A stretch of DNA of 36,099 nt, taken from positions 1-36,099 of the forward strand of contig QMVG01000008.1 of the NCBI GenBank assembly GCA_003660975.1, in the 5' to 3' direction. The DNA comes from Candidatus Micrarchaeota archaeon. GTDB taxonomy: Archaea; B1Sed10-29; B47-G15. This document shows positions 1 to 9,621 of the stretch, one piece after another; within the stretch, counting starts at the first letter, position 1, and the number at the start of each line of letters is the position of its first letter. Position numbers and translations under genes: made by a program. Below the pieces are notes generated by a model. It searched no databases. It was not told the origin of the DNA and was given only the letters and a program-made list of their open reading frames with translations.

Positions 1-1
1 G

Positions 2-208
2 AAAAAGATAACAAGGAAGAAGAAAGTTAAGACAAGGGTCAGAAAAGAGAAGAGAGGTGTAAGAAAAATAAAGAAAAAGGGTAGCAAAAAGAAGGAGATT
101 ATACCCTTGTCAGAAGACAGCAGCAAAAAACTGGAAAAGACAGAGAAAATCATAAAGGAAAGAAAAAAGAAGCTTAAGAATTTAATAGATGTTATTGAGG
201 ACATATAG
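2..208 (+). CDS. 3' end of a Lys/Arg-rich hypothetical protein (runs off the window start)
   Basis: Open frame KKITRKKKVK...KLKNLIDVIEDI ending TAG at 206-208; not in the ORF track. Confidence 0.6.
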   Translation, partial: KKITRKKKVKTRVRKEKRGVRKIKKKGSKKKEIIPLSEDSSKKLEKTEKIIKERKKKLKNLIDVIEDI

Positions 209-349
209 GTGAAATATGTGAAAAAAAGCAAAAGATTTATAAATACATCCTACCAAATAGGCATGAAAGAAGGTAATATATTACAAGGCAACATTTATAA
301 ATCAGTTTTGAGTGTGTTAAACGTAACGCCTATGGATGGGGGCAAAAAG

Positions 350-961
350 ATGTCAAGGAAGGGTATATCTGGTATTGGTGTGCTTATTATATTCATTGCT
401 ATGATTCTCGTAGCTGCTGTGGCAGCCATGGTTTTGCTCCAAACAGTTAGCAGTTTAGAGGGTCAAGCATTGGCAACTGGAAAACAGGCAAAAGGAGAGG
501 TTTCATCTAAGTTCCAGGTGCAAAGTGTCGTGGGAGAAGCAAATGTCAGCAATAACAGCATTGTTTATTTGAGAATATCGCTTAAAGTGGCTCCTGGAAG
601 CCCTGATTTCATTCTAAACAGAACGCTTTTAAGCTATCAAACAGAACATGTTATAAGGACAGGAATAAAATACGTTAAGACACCAGAGGGAAACAATACA
701 GCAGAGGGAGCAAGAAACACTGTTAAAGGAAGGACGGATGTTTATACGGTTGTTTGGCTGAACAAAGATGCTAATATGAGTCAGGCGCAGAAATCCGCTG
801 TAATGCCTGAAGAGATTGTTGAAGCTTGGTATTACGCAAAGGACTTAGGACCTTATGACAGGGTAAGCTTGGCGATAACACCCAATGTTGGGACTGTTAG
901 CAGGGTTTACTTTACAGTGCCTTCAGTAATAACAAAAGACGTTGTTCCTCTATTCCCGTGA
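350..961 (+). CDS. flaB: archaellin (archaeal flagellin)
   Basis: Class III signal peptide MSRKG|ISGIGVLIIFIAMILVAAVAAMVLLQT; start placed at ATG 350 (ATG 332 possible); TATA box TTTATAAA about 295-302. Confidence 0.9.
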   Translation: MSRKGISGIGVLIIFIAMILVAAVAAMVLLQTVSSLEGQALATGKQAKGEVSSKFQVQSVVGEANVSNNSIVYLRISLKVAPGSPDFILNRTLLSYQTEHVIRTGIKYVKTPEGNNTAEGARNTVKGRTDVYTVVWLNKDANMSQAQKSAVMPEEIVEAWYYAKDLGPYDRVSLAITPNVGTVSRVYFTVPSVITKDVVPLFP

Positions 962-965
962 GAAC

Positions 966-1589
966 ATGTCGGTCTTCTCAGCATTTGAGGAGAGCAGAGC
1001 CATTTTTTTGAAACTTTTGCGTATATTTCTGCTTTTCTTTTTGCTTTCCTTTGCTGTTTCATCTCTCTTTCCAGAAGCAAGCCAAATAGCTGTTAATTCA
1101 TACACAGTTATGCTACCAAGCTTTAACCTAATAAGCGAATACGCACCCATAATAAAATATGATGCATACAAGGTTTTTGGATTCATTGTTGCAAACAACC
1201 TTATTGTCATAGCTGTAATATGTTTCATAGGCTATTTTGGTTTGTCTTTTATACACCCAGCTGCTTTTGCTATGTTATCAGGGGCCTTGGCGGGCATTTA
1301 TTTAAATAACAACCTTACCCAATTCATCTATTTGTTGATATATACTAGTATGGAGGCATTTAACTATTTGATGGCAGCCACTGTTTCTATGAAGGACGCA
1401 GAGTTGAGAATGTCTTTCACATCTTTCAAAGGGCATCTAATTTACTTGCTCCAAAAAGGCATACCAAAAAGAAAAAAGAGCCGATTCACGCAAAAAATGA
1501 AGGATTTCATTCTCTTTGTTAATGTGCCTTTAACAGTATTCATAGCTTTGATTGAGACAGCCCTCATCGTAAACAGTCTCGGTGCATAG
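966..1589 (+). CDS. SpoIIM/DUF95-like membrane protein
   Basis: Several hydrophobic segments, IVANN motif, C-terminal IALIE. Confidence 0.55.
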   Translation: MSVFSAFEESRAIFLKLLRIFLLFFLLSFAVSSLFPEASQIAVNSYTVMLPSFNLISEYAPIIKYDAYKVFGFIVANNLIVIAVICFIGYFGLSFIHPAAFAMLSGALAGIYLNNNLTQFIYLLIYTSMEAFNYLMAATVSMKDAELRMSFTSFKGHLIYLLQKGIPKRKKSRFTQKMKDFILFVNVPLTVFIALIETALIVNSLGA

Positions 1590-1631
1590 TGTTATAAATA
1601 AGGTCATAGAAAAAATAAGTGTTCTAATTAT

Positions 1632-1705
1632 GGGCCCGTAGCTCAGCCTGGTAGAGCACTTGGCTTTTAACCAAGGAGTCGCGGGTTCAAATCCCGTCGG
1701 GCCCG
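1632..1705 (+). tRNA. tRNA-Lys(UUU)
   Basis: GGGCCCG acceptor stem, anticodon arm CTTGG-CT TTT AA-CCAAG, GGTTCAAATCC T-arm; no encoded CCA; TTATAAATA upstream. Confidence 0.97.
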
Positions 1706-1707
1706 TT

Positions 1708-2100
1708 ATGAAAAGCAAAAGCAGAATTTTATTGTTTAGACTTGTCTTTGCAATTTCTCTTCTCATCATATTCATTCTACTATTACAGGAATTCCGCCAT
1801 TTTGGCAATCCAATTAAAAGAGAAGCATACTTTGATGAGAAATTGAACGAAAGGATAAGGGATTGTTATGCTCTTAGGATGGACTCACCCCAAGTTTCTG
1901 TACACTATAAAGCCCATACATATATGAATATAGAAACACTGCTCAGGCACACAAAGATACCTGTGTCAGAGGTTAGGTTCAGGAGCTGTCCTGACAGCTT
2001 TTCATTGTGTAACCCAGATGAAGTTTACGTGGAATATGAGAGCTATGCGACAGCCATTGTCCGCTTTGAAAATGGCATTTGTTATATTGATTTCCGTTAA
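1708..2100 (+). CDS. hypothetical protein with N-terminal membrane anchor
   Basis: ATG 2 nt after the tRNA; basic N-terminus followed by a hydrophobic helix. Confidence 0.7.
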   Translation: MKSKSRILLFRLVFAISLLIIFILLLQEFRHFGNPIKREAYFDEKLNERIRDCYALRMDSPQVSVHYKAHTYMNIETLLRHTKIPVSEVRFRSCPDSFSLCNPDEVYVEYESYATAIVRFENGICYIDFR

Positions 2101-2138
2101 GCTGAAAGCCTTAAATACATCAAATATTTAATCACATT

Positions 2139-3773
2139 ATGAAGTATTTTGCTCTAATTTGCTTTTTACTTGTTGTATTGCCAAGTGCATATCCCATATA
2201 CGCAGGTAATATAGGCTATGCCAAGATGCTGTATTCTGTTGAAGGAGATATGAAAGACGCCACTATGTACCTACATGTGCCTTTTGACAGCGAGTATCAA
2301 AAGGTGGAACAGATAACAGCACTTTCCACATATGAAGACGAGATAGGCAGATATGCAAAGCTGACAGGAAACTTTAAGTTTGAAGCTATCATTGATGTAA
2401 ATACCTCTGCTGCTGAGATAAACAGCAATCCTCTTATGCCTTTGAATCTTCCTTCTATGAAAGAATATCTTAAAAGCAGTGGGAAAATTACCCCAAATAA
2501 CACACAAATACGCGCGTTAGCTAAAGAGATAAGTCACGGACTGCCAAGAGAGCTTGATGTCATAAAAGCAGTCGTTGATTGGGTTCGCCAGAATATAGAA
2601 TATTATTATGATGAAAATAGAACCATTACTGTGCTAACAGCACAACAATTGCTTCAAACAAAGAAAGGCGTTTGCGGAGATTTTTCAGTTCTCACAGCTT
2701 CTTTGCTTCGTTCTTTGGGTATTCCTACCAAGTATATAGAAGGTTGGCAGTATACTGGCGAGAGCTTCCAATTGCATGCATGGCTTGAGGCTTATGTTCC
2801 TGGCACTGGCTGGGTATCTGTTGACCCAACGAACGGTGAAATAGGGCTGTTAGACGCAGGCCATATAAAGGTTATGGAAGGCGTGGACCCAAGCGAGATG
2901 GCCAACAAAATAAGGTATGTTGGTACTTTGCCAGATTATAAAATTAAGCGAAATGTCACTTTGTTAACATACAAGCCATTTTACTCTCTCTTTGACACGC
3001 AGCTTTCTATTTCGCCACGCATAGCAGGACCCTCTGAGCTTGTAAGAGCAAATCTTGAGATAAAAAATCTTAAGGATACATATATGATAGCCTCCTTAAA
3101 CATTGTAACAACAAAAGGACTCAGACTACTTGACGATTTTAAAACAGTCATTTTGCCTCCTAGGTCCAAGAAGAATGTTAGTTTTGCATTTTACGTGCCT
3201 GATGACTTAGAGGAAGGTTATTCTTACACCTATTTTGTAAAAATTTACGGTCCAAATGTGAGCGTTACAGAAGCGATGCAAGCAGAGGCATCAAAAGAGT
3301 CAAAACCAATAAGCAACATAGAGGTCAACACGCTTTACAAATACCTCAGAAATAATTCCATATCTATTGCCTTTTTGCTGCACAATGTGGGAACTGTGGC
3401 TATAGAAAACATAGAAGCAAGCTTGTCATGTGGTGCTTTTAAACAAAAAAAATCTATTGCATTGCTCCCAGGAGAAAAGAAGAGCATTGACTTTAGCATT
3501 CCTGTTGTCGCTAATAAAAGTTCCTATATATTTACATTGGAGCTGACTTATGAAGGGAAGAGGCAGATGCAGAGCATATATTTTGAGATTCCAAGCAACG
3601 AAGGAGAGCAGGAGAACAGTGAGGGAATCCCTGTATTCAAGGTGATTATAACTGTTCTAATTGCTGTTCTCATTTTTGTTTTCATACTTCTCATTGTTCC
3701 TTATATTAGCAAAGGCAAAAAACCATTTGCATCGCGCATATCTCTACATAAAATAATAAAGAAAAAGAAATGA
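2139..3773 (+). CDS. exported transglutaminase-like protein with Ig/CARDB-like domains and C-terminal anchor
   Basis: Signal peptide; Cys-His-Asp motifs GVCGDF, HAWLE, WVSVDPT; C-terminal TM helix and basic tail. Confidence 0.85.
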   Translation: MKYFALICFLLVVLPSAYPIYAGNIGYAKMLYSVEGDMKDATMYLHVPFDSEYQKVEQITALSTYEDEIGRYAKLTGNFKFEAIIDVNTSAAEINSNPLMPLNLPSMKEYLKSSGKITPNNTQIRALAKEISHGLPRELDVIKAVVDWVRQNIEYYYDENRTITVLTAQQLLQTKKGVCGDFSVLTASLLRSLGIPTKYIEGWQYTGESFQLHAWLEAYVPGTGWVSVDPTNGEIGLLDAGHIKVMEGVDPSEMANKIRYVGTLPDYKIKRNVTLLTYKPFYSLFDTQLSISPRIAGPSELVRANLEIKNLKDTYMIASLNIVTTKGLRLLDDFKTVILPPRSKKNVSFAFYVPDDLEEGYSYTYFVKIYGPNVSVTEAMQAEASKESKPISNIEVNTLYKYLRNNSISIAFLLHNVGTVAIENIEASLSCGAFKQKKSIALLPGEKKSIDFSIPVVANKSSYIFTLELTYEGKRQMQSIYFEIPSNEGEQENSEGIPVFKVIITVLIAVLIFVFILLIVPYISKGKKPFASRISLHKIIKKKK

Positions 3774-3807
3774 TTTTATATCTGATAATCAAAAATACTT
3801 TAATCAA

Positions 3808-3881
3808 GCGCCAGTAGTCTAGTTTGGTTAGGACATAGGCTTGCCAAGCCTATAGCCCGGGTTCAAATCCCGGCTGGCGCA
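3808..3881 (+). tRNA. tRNA-Gly(GCC)
   Basis: GCGCCAG/CTGGCGC acceptor stem, TAGGC-TT GCC AA-GCCTA anticodon arm. Confidence 0.97.
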
Positions 3882-3915
3882 CTGCTTTTTATTTGTGATT
3901 GTCCATTATCAAGGT

Positions 3916-4272
3916 ATGAGCAAAAGAAAGGCAAAGCCAAAGTGGATAAAAGAGATTGCTAAAAAAAGAATTCTCAGCCTACTTGAGCAGGCAAAAGAGA
4001 CAGTTTTTTCTAATTCAGACAGAACTAAGCGTTACGTGGAGCTGGCATTGGCCTTAAGCAAAAAGTATAATGTGAGCATTGGCCCTGATTGGAAAAAACA
4101 CGTATGTAAAAACTGCCACACTGTTCTCATAGAGGGCTTTAACCTGCAGGTTAGGACATCAAAGAAGACAGGCACAGTAATTTACAAATGCAAGGAATGT
4201 GGAGCTGTTAAGAGATATCCTTACAAAGGCAAAGTATTTATAAAAGAAAAAACACTAAACACTACACATTGA
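3916..4272 (+). CDS. rnp4: RNase P protein component 4 (Rpp21)
   Basis: IAKKRILSL..RYVELA, zinc ligands CKNC and CKEC, KRYPY. Confidence 0.9.
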   Translation: MSKRKAKPKWIKEIAKKRILSLLEQAKETVFSNSDRTKRYVELALALSKKYNVSIGPDWKKHVCKNCHTVLIEGFNLQVRTSKKTGTVIYKCKECGAVKRYPYKGKVFIKEKTLNTTH

Positions 4273-4313
4273 GATGCTCTTCTCAATTTCTTACACGCTT
4301 CTAAGGTGAATGA

Positions 4314-4931
4314 ATGGTATCAATAAAGGAAATAAAGGCAGAAGACTTTATAGAAAAAGCAAGCTCTGAACTTAAAAGATTCCCTGAGCTGAAAGCACCT
4401 GCTTGGGCGTCCTTTGTTAAAACAGGGGCACACAGAGAAAGAAAACCAGAGAGACCTGATTGGTGGTATCTGCGTTGCGCTTCAATTTTGAGGAGATTAT
4501 ACATTGAAGGAAATGTTGGTGTAGGCAGGTTGAGGACCTGGTATGGAGGAAGGAAAAACAGAGGTAGCAAACCAGAAAAACATGTGGATGCCTCAGCACA
4601 TATCATAAGAAGCTCACTACAACAACTTGAAAATGCTGGTTTGGTAAAGAAAGAGAAATTTGGAAGAAGCCTTTCACCAAAAGGACGTTCATTCGTTGAT
4701 AAAATTGTATTGTCCTTAAGGCCCAAAATTGAGAGGAAGGAGGAAGTGAAGAGGGATGAATCAAGAGGAAGAAGCACAAAAAGAACTACAAAAAAGGCTA
4801 CAGCAAGAACTGGAAAGAAGGCAACTAGAACTACAAAAGCAAGCACTACTAAGAAGCCTTCTAGAACCAAAAGCAAAGGAAAGGCTGACAAGGATAAAAA
4901 TAGCAAACCCAGAACTAGGTCAAAAAGTTGA
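4314..4931 (+). CDS. rps19e: 30S ribosomal protein S19e with long basic C-terminal extension
   Basis: PAWASFVKTG..E..P...DWWY.R.ASILR, YGGRKNRG, LQQLE. Confidence 0.95.
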   Translation: MVSIKEIKAEDFIEKASSELKRFPELKAPAWASFVKTGAHRERKPERPDWWYLRCASILRRLYIEGNVGVGRLRTWYGGRKNRGSKPEKHVDASAHIIRSSLQQLENAGLVKKEKFGRSLSPKGRSFVDKIVLSLRPKIERKEEVKRDESRGRSTKRTTKKATARTGKKATRTTKASTTKKPSRTKSKGKADKDKNSKPRTRSKS

Positions 4932-5055
4932 GTCACTTATACTTTCCCTTTATCAGATGGGAAGCATAAAAAGGAAGATAAATGAGGAGGAGTTTATAAC
5001 CTTATTACGCAAGGTTTCAGAAAGAAAGAGGAGGACTAGAATAATAAGAAAGTGA
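4756..5055 (+). CDS. PDCD5-like DNA-binding protein
   Basis: LLEPKAKERL.RIKIANPE; conserved position after S19e. Confidence 0.9.
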   Translation: MNQEEEAQKELQKRLQQELERRQLELQKQALLRSLLEPKAKERLTRIKIANPELGQKVESLILSLYQMGSIKRKINEEEFITLLRKVSERKRRTRIIRK

Positions 5056-5060
5056 TCTAA

Positions 5061-5243
5061 ATGGCAAGACACAAGAGCGAGGAAAAGAAGAAGCACTTGA
5101 GTCATGAGTTAAAAAAGAACAGAAGGGCACCTGTGTGGGTAGCTCTTAAGATGCAGACAAGAGAGGTTTTGAGAGAGAGGCTAAGACATTGGAGAAGAAG
5201 TAAGCTTGGAAAGAAGATAAGAAAATACGGACGTGAGGCCTAA
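5061..5243 (+). CDS. rpl39e: 50S ribosomal protein L39e
   Basis: KKNRRAPVWV...RHWRRSKL. Confidence 0.9.
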   Translation: MARHKSEEKKKHLSHELKKNRRAPVWVALKMQTREVLRERLRHWRRSKLGKKIRKYGREA

Positions 5244-5671
5244 TGCCAAAAGTTGAGGAAAAGAACAAAGAGCAAAAAGTAGAAAATAAAGTAGAGAAAA
5301 AGAAGAAGGGAAAAGAAGAAGAAAAGACAGAGCCAGCTAAGACACCAAAGAAAAAGGAAACTGAGGAGAAAAAAGAAAGCAAGGCTGAAGCAAAGAAAAA
5401 AGAAGTAGGGAAAAAAGAAAAAGAGAAGAAAGAAGAAAAGCTCGTTTCTATTTCTTTGAAAGAGGCATGGAAGGCACCGCGAACCAAGAGGGCTAGGGCT
5501 GCCGTTAAAATTTTGAAAAAAGAGCTCAAAAAACATATTAAGAAAGATGTCGCAATAAGCACAGAGCTAAACATGAAGATATGGGAACATGGAATACAAA
5601 AGCCTCCCAGAAGACTTAGGATAAGAGTTGAGATAACAAAGGATAAGGCAATCGCTTATCCGATGGAGTAG
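5243..5671 (+). CDS. rpl31e: 50S ribosomal protein L31e with K/E-rich N-terminal extension
   Basis: PRTKRARAAV, LNMKIWEHGIQKPPRRLRIRV. Confidence 0.92.
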   Translation: MPKVEEKNKEQKVENKVEKKKKGKEEEKTEPAKTPKKKETEEKKESKAEAKKKEVGKKEKEKKEEKLVSISLKEAWKAPRTKRARAAVKILKKELKKHIKKDVAISTELNMKIWEHGIQKPPRRLRIRVEITKDKAIAYPME

Positions 5672-5678
5672 AGCTAAA

Positions 5679-6320
5679 ATGATATACAAGGCCGCAAACT
5701 ACGGCTCTCCTTATATAGGTATCTACTGCCTGCTTAACGATAACTATGCATTTGTGGCCCCGAACGTGGACCCAAACTTTGAAGCAGTGATAAGGCGCTT
5801 GGACGTTGATGTAGTGAAAATAAGTATTGCAGATACATACTTGCCTGCTCTCTTCGCCTCTGTTAATAACAAAAGAATAATCTTGAGCCAATTGGCCACA
5901 AGAGATGAGATAAAGGTGTTCAAGGATTACTTTTCTGACGTGATAATCTTAAGCACCAGTTATACTGCTGTTGGGAATCTGCTTTCAATGAATGACTATG
6001 GCATCGTTGCAGCGAAAGAGATAGCAGAAGAGTTGAAAGAGGCAAAAGCCATGACTGTTGCAGGTTCTGACCTGCTTGGTGCTTCTCTTTACGCAAATAA
6101 CCTCGCATTTCTCTCGCACCCAGACACATCTGATGAGGAAATGGAGCAGATAAGGAAAGTGCTTAAAGTTGATGGTGGGAAGGGCACAGTAAACTTTGGT
6201 GACCCCATGGTAGCAACAGGTATCATAGGAAATAAGAAGGGCATCATTGTAGGGGAACGTAGTACAGGCCCTGAAATGAATAGAATAGATGACATATTTA
6301 TTTTTGAAAAATCTGAATGA
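5679..6320 (+). CDS. eif6: translation initiation factor aIF6
   Basis: GSPYIGIY, AVGNL, GTVNFG, STGPE; position after L31e. Confidence 0.93.
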   Translation: MIYKAANYGSPYIGIYCLLNDNYAFVAPNVDPNFEAVIRRLDVDVVKISIADTYLPALFASVNNKRIILSQLATRDEIKVFKDYFSDVIILSTSYTAVGNLLSMNDYGIVAAKEIAEELKEAKAMTVAGSDLLGASLYANNLAFLSHPDTSDEEMEQIRKVLKVDGGKGTVNFGDPMVATGIIGNKKGIIVGERSTGPEMNRIDDIFIFEKSE

Positions 6321-6337
6321 TAAAAGGAGGTTTTGCT

Positions 6338-6754
6338 ATGGCAGACGCAAAGAAGGTGAAGGCCGACCAGAAGGACATAGTTACTGCTAAATATCTTGAA
6401 CAGCAGATGACAGCTTTTCAAAACGAGATAAACAGGCTTCGGAACATGGCAAATGAGACAAGAAGAACCATATCCGCTTTAGAGGACCTAAAGCAATTTA
6501 AGGGAAAGCAGAATTCAATAGTGCCACTAGGTGCAGGGGTTTTTTTACACAGCACTGTTGACTTAACAAAGCCCACACTTGTGGATATGGGAGCAGGTGT
6601 TGTCGTGGAAAAAGAGATAGATGAGGCAATAAGTATCTTGAGGGAGCGTTTGAAGAATATAGATGAAAATGTGAAGGTTCTGACTGCTAATTTATCAAAA
6701 ATGTCAAAACAGTACAACAGCATTCTTATGAAACTTTATCAGCAGCAGGCGTGA
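6338..6754 (+). CDS. pfdA: prefoldin alpha subunit
   Basis: IVPLGAGVF..LVDMGAGVVVEK; GGAGG Shine-Dalgarno before ATG 6338. Confidence 0.93.
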   Translation: MADAKKVKADQKDIVTAKYLEQQMTAFQNEINRLRNMANETRRTISALEDLKQFKGKQNSIVPLGAGVFLHSTVDLTKPTLVDMGAGVVVEKEIDEAISILRERLKNIDENVKVLTANLSKMSKQYNSILMKLYQQQA

Positions 6755-6758
6755 GCAT

Positions 6759-7754
6759 ATGTTTGATAGCCTAAAGAAAAAGCTCAAGAAGTTTAGCCAG
6801 GTATTTTCTAAAAAAGTTGAAGAAAAAGAAAAAAGCAGGGTGAAAGAGGGCACAGCGAAAAAGGAGAAGGCAAAAGCAAAGGTTAGCACAAAAGTAAAAA
6901 AGGCAGTTATAGGCAGGATACAACTTTCTGACAAGGACATTGACAGCTTTTTACAGGATTTCGAATTGGAGCTCTTAGAAGCAGATGTCGCTCTTGAAAG
7001 CGCTGAAAGAATAATACAGAAGATAGGCAAGAAGCTAAAAGAAACAGAGTTCAGAAGGGGCGAAAACATAGAAGCGAAAGTATATACTATTTTTAAAGAA
7101 GCGATAGCAGAGATATTAGATGACAACAAGCCTTTTGATATTCCTGATGCCATCTCTGAAAGACCTTATAAAATACTTGTGATGGGGCCTAATGGTGTTG
7201 GGAAGACGACCACAATCGCCAAGCTGGTTTTTTACTTAAAACAAAGAGGTTTCAGCTCAGTTATCGCTGCTTCGGATACTTTTAGAGCAGCGAGCATAGA
7301 ACAATTATCATATCATGCTGAAAAGCTCGGCGTGAAACTGATAAAGCACAGCTATGGGGCAGATCCAACAGCTGTTGCTTATGACGCTATCAATTACGCA
7401 AAGGCCCACAACATAGATATCGTGTTCATAGACACAGCTGGTAGGCAGGAGACAAACCAGAACCTTATAAGAGAAATTGAAAAAATGAAAAGAGTGATAA
7501 AGCCAAACCTAAAACTTTTCATCGCAGAAGCAGTTGTTGGCAACGCCATTCTGGAGCAAATAAGAAACTATAAGGAGAAGATAGGCATAGATGCAGTGGT
7601 GCTTACTAAAATAGATTTAGACACAAAAGGAGGTTCAATCCTTTCCATAATAGACAACAAGATTCCTGTTATATACTTTGGAACAGGGCAGTCCTATGAA
7701 GACTTGATGCCTTTTGACAAGTCTTTTGTGCTTAAAAAAATCTTTGAGTCCTAA
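6759..7754 (+). CDS. ftsY: SRP receptor FtsY
   Basis: GPNGVGKTTTIAKL, DTFRAAS, DTAGR, TKID..KGG. Confidence 0.96.
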   Translation: MFDSLKKKLKKFSQVFSKKVEEKEKSRVKEGTAKKEKAKAKVSTKVKKAVIGRIQLSDKDIDSFLQDFELELLEADVALESAERIIQKIGKKLKETEFRRGENIEAKVYTIFKEAIAEILDDNKPFDIPDAISERPYKILVMGPNGVGKTTTIAKLVFYLKQRGFSSVIAASDTFRAASIEQLSYHAEKLGVKLIKHSYGADPTAVAYDAINYAKAHNIDIVFIDTAGRQETNQNLIREIEKMKRVIKPNLKLFIAEAVVGNAILEQIRNYKEKIGIDAVVLTKIDLDTKGGSILSIIDNKIPVIYFGTGQSYEDLMPFDKSFVLKKIFES

Positions 7755-7798
7755 ACTGCTTTTATATAATCCCGTTCTCAATATTATGGGGGTTCTTG

Positions 7799-9100
7799 AT
7801 GCTAAACAAAATGAAAAATGTTCTTGCCAAGATAACAGGCGCCTCAATAGTTGATGAAAAGCTGGTAATGGATATAATAAAGGACATACAAAGAATACTG
7901 ATTCAGTCAGATGTTAACGTTGCCTTAGTAAAGCAATTGAGTGAGGAAATAAAAAAGAAGGCAATAGAGGAAAAACCCGCACCAGGCATATCTTTAAAGG
8001 AACACCTAATCAGAATAATCTATGATGAATTGCTTGAGATTCTGGGCGGTGAAGCATACAAGCCCAGGATGGACAAGCATAAGATACTTCTCGTAGGGCT
8101 TTACGGTTCTGGAAAGACAACAACTGCTGCTAAGTTGGCCAAGTTTTACTCCAAGAGGGGTTTTAAAACAGCTATGATAAGTACAGATACATGGAGACCA
8201 GCTGCTTTCGAACAGTTGAAGCAATTGGGGAAGCAAGCAAAAATTCCTGTTTTAGGCGATATGGCACCTGACCCTATAGAGATATTGAAATCAGCTGAAA
8301 AGGCATTAAAAGAATACGACATAGTCATTGTAGACAGCGCTGGCAGGGACAATCTCAATAAATCCCTTATAGAGGAAATAAAAAGGATTAAAGAGTGGTT
8401 GAAGCCAGAGGAAACATATCTGGTTATCTCTGCTGACATAGGTCAGAGCGCTTCTAAGCAAGCCATGGAATTAAATGAGGCATTAGGACTTACTGGCGTG
8501 ATCGTCACTAAGGCAGATTCGTCAGGCAAGGCAGGCGGAGCACTAAGTGCCTGCGCTGTGGCAAAAGTGCCTGTTACTTTCATAGGCACAGGAGAGAAAC
8601 TGGATGACCTTGAGCTGTTTAACGCAGAGCGCTTTATATCCTCGTTATTGGGCTTTCCAGACATAGGTTCTCTTGTGAAGAAGGTCAGAGAAGCTGTTGA
8701 GGAATCAGAGTTTTCGGCAGAGGATATCCTAAAAGGAGATTATAACCTAAAAACATTTTACAAGCAATTGGAAGCTACAAGGAAGATGGGTCCTTTAAAG
8801 AAGGTTTTCGAAATGATGGGCTTGTCCCAGATGCCTGAGGAATTGGTTGAGACAGGCGAAAAAAAGCTAGAGGTTTATAAAATTATAATGGACTCTATGA
8901 CAAGGGAGGAATTGGAACACCCAGAAATAATAAAAGCATCAAGGATAAAGCGCATTGCAAAAGGCAGTGGTAGGAAAGAGGAAGAAGTAAGAGAATTGCT
9001 TAGGCAGTTTGAAAATGGAAGGAAAATGATAAAGAGGTTCAAGAAAGGAAAGGTGAGAGGACTACAAAATATGATGAAACACTTTAAGCTCCCTATGTGA
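7799..9100 (+). CDS. srp54: signal recognition particle protein SRP54
   Basis: GLYGSGKTTT, DTWRPAA, DSAGR, M-domain SRIKRIAKGSG. Confidence 0.96.
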   Translation: MLNKMKNVLAKITGASIVDEKLVMDIIKDIQRILIQSDVNVALVKQLSEEIKKKAIEEKPAPGISLKEHLIRIIYDELLEILGGEAYKPRMDKHKILLVGLYGSGKTTTAAKLAKFYSKRGFKTAMISTDTWRPAAFEQLKQLGKQAKIPVLGDMAPDPIEILKSAEKALKEYDIVIVDSAGRDNLNKSLIEEIKRIKEWLKPEETYLVISADIGQSASKQAMELNEALGLTGVIVTKADSSGKAGGALSACAVAKVPVTFIGTGEKLDDLELFNAERFISSLLGFPDIGSLVKKVREAVEESEFSAEDILKGDYNLKTFYKQLEATRKMGPLKKVFEMMGLSQMPEELVETGEKKLEVYKIIMDSMTREELEHPEIIKASRIKRIAKGSGRKEEEVRELLRQFENGRKMIKRFKKGKVRGLQNMMKHFKLPM

Positions 9101-9105
9101 TATTT

Positions 9106-9621
9106 ATGCGTGTTTTCATAATAAAGCTGAACAGGGCATTTGAGAATTTTGAGCTGAACAACTTAAGTGAGAATAGAATGGACTTGGTTGCCAGGTGCGT
9201 AAGTTCAGCTTTCTTTCTTGACCATGACATAAGGAGAGATGTAAAATTACTCTTATGTTTTGATAACAACAAGGTGGTTGAGATTTCCGGAGAGATAAGG
9301 CAGATGAGGCCTGATGAGAGAAGCATAGCTGGTTTTTTTAAAGGCCTTCTCCAAGGTAAGAGATACAACGGCATTCGTTTTTATGAAGCTTCCTTTAATG
9401 ATATCATCAAAAGATACAAAGTATTTTACGTGCTTGACAGGAAAGGGAGAGACATAAAAGAGATAAGGATAGATAAGCCCGTTTTCATCATAGGGGATGA
9501 CTTGGGGCTTCCAGACATTGAGGGAAGGAAAATAAGTTTAGGTCCTCTCTCATACATGGCAAGCCATTGTATAGTAATTTTGAACAACCACTTAGATGGT
9601 GTAATCTATGAAAGTGCTTGA
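9106..9621 (+). CDS. trmY: tRNA (pseudouridine54-N1)-methyltransferase
   Basis: RMDLVARC, RPDERS, ISLGP.SY.ASHC; next to pus10. Confidence 0.9.
   Translation: MRVFIIKLNRAFENFELNNLSENRMDLVARCVSSAFFLDHDIRRDVKLLLCFDNNKVVEISGEIRQMRPDERSIAGFFKGLLQGKRYNGIRFYEASFNDIIKRYKVFYVLDRKGRDIKEIRIDKPVFIIGDDLGLPDIEGRKISLGPLSYMASHCIVILNNHLDGVIYESA

Noticed and set aside
209-349. 47-aa N-terminal extension of the archaellin
   Set aside because: Covers the promoter boxes, and class III signal peptides are normally short
1660-1707. ORF-track start inside tRNA-Lys
   Set aside because: Overlaps the tRNA; ATG 1708 is preferred
4301-5574. Hydrophobic minus-strand ORFs (4301-4936, 5146-5574, 5240-5536) and similar antisense ORFs elsewhere
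   Set aside because: Shadows of A-rich K/E codons of real genes on the opposite strand
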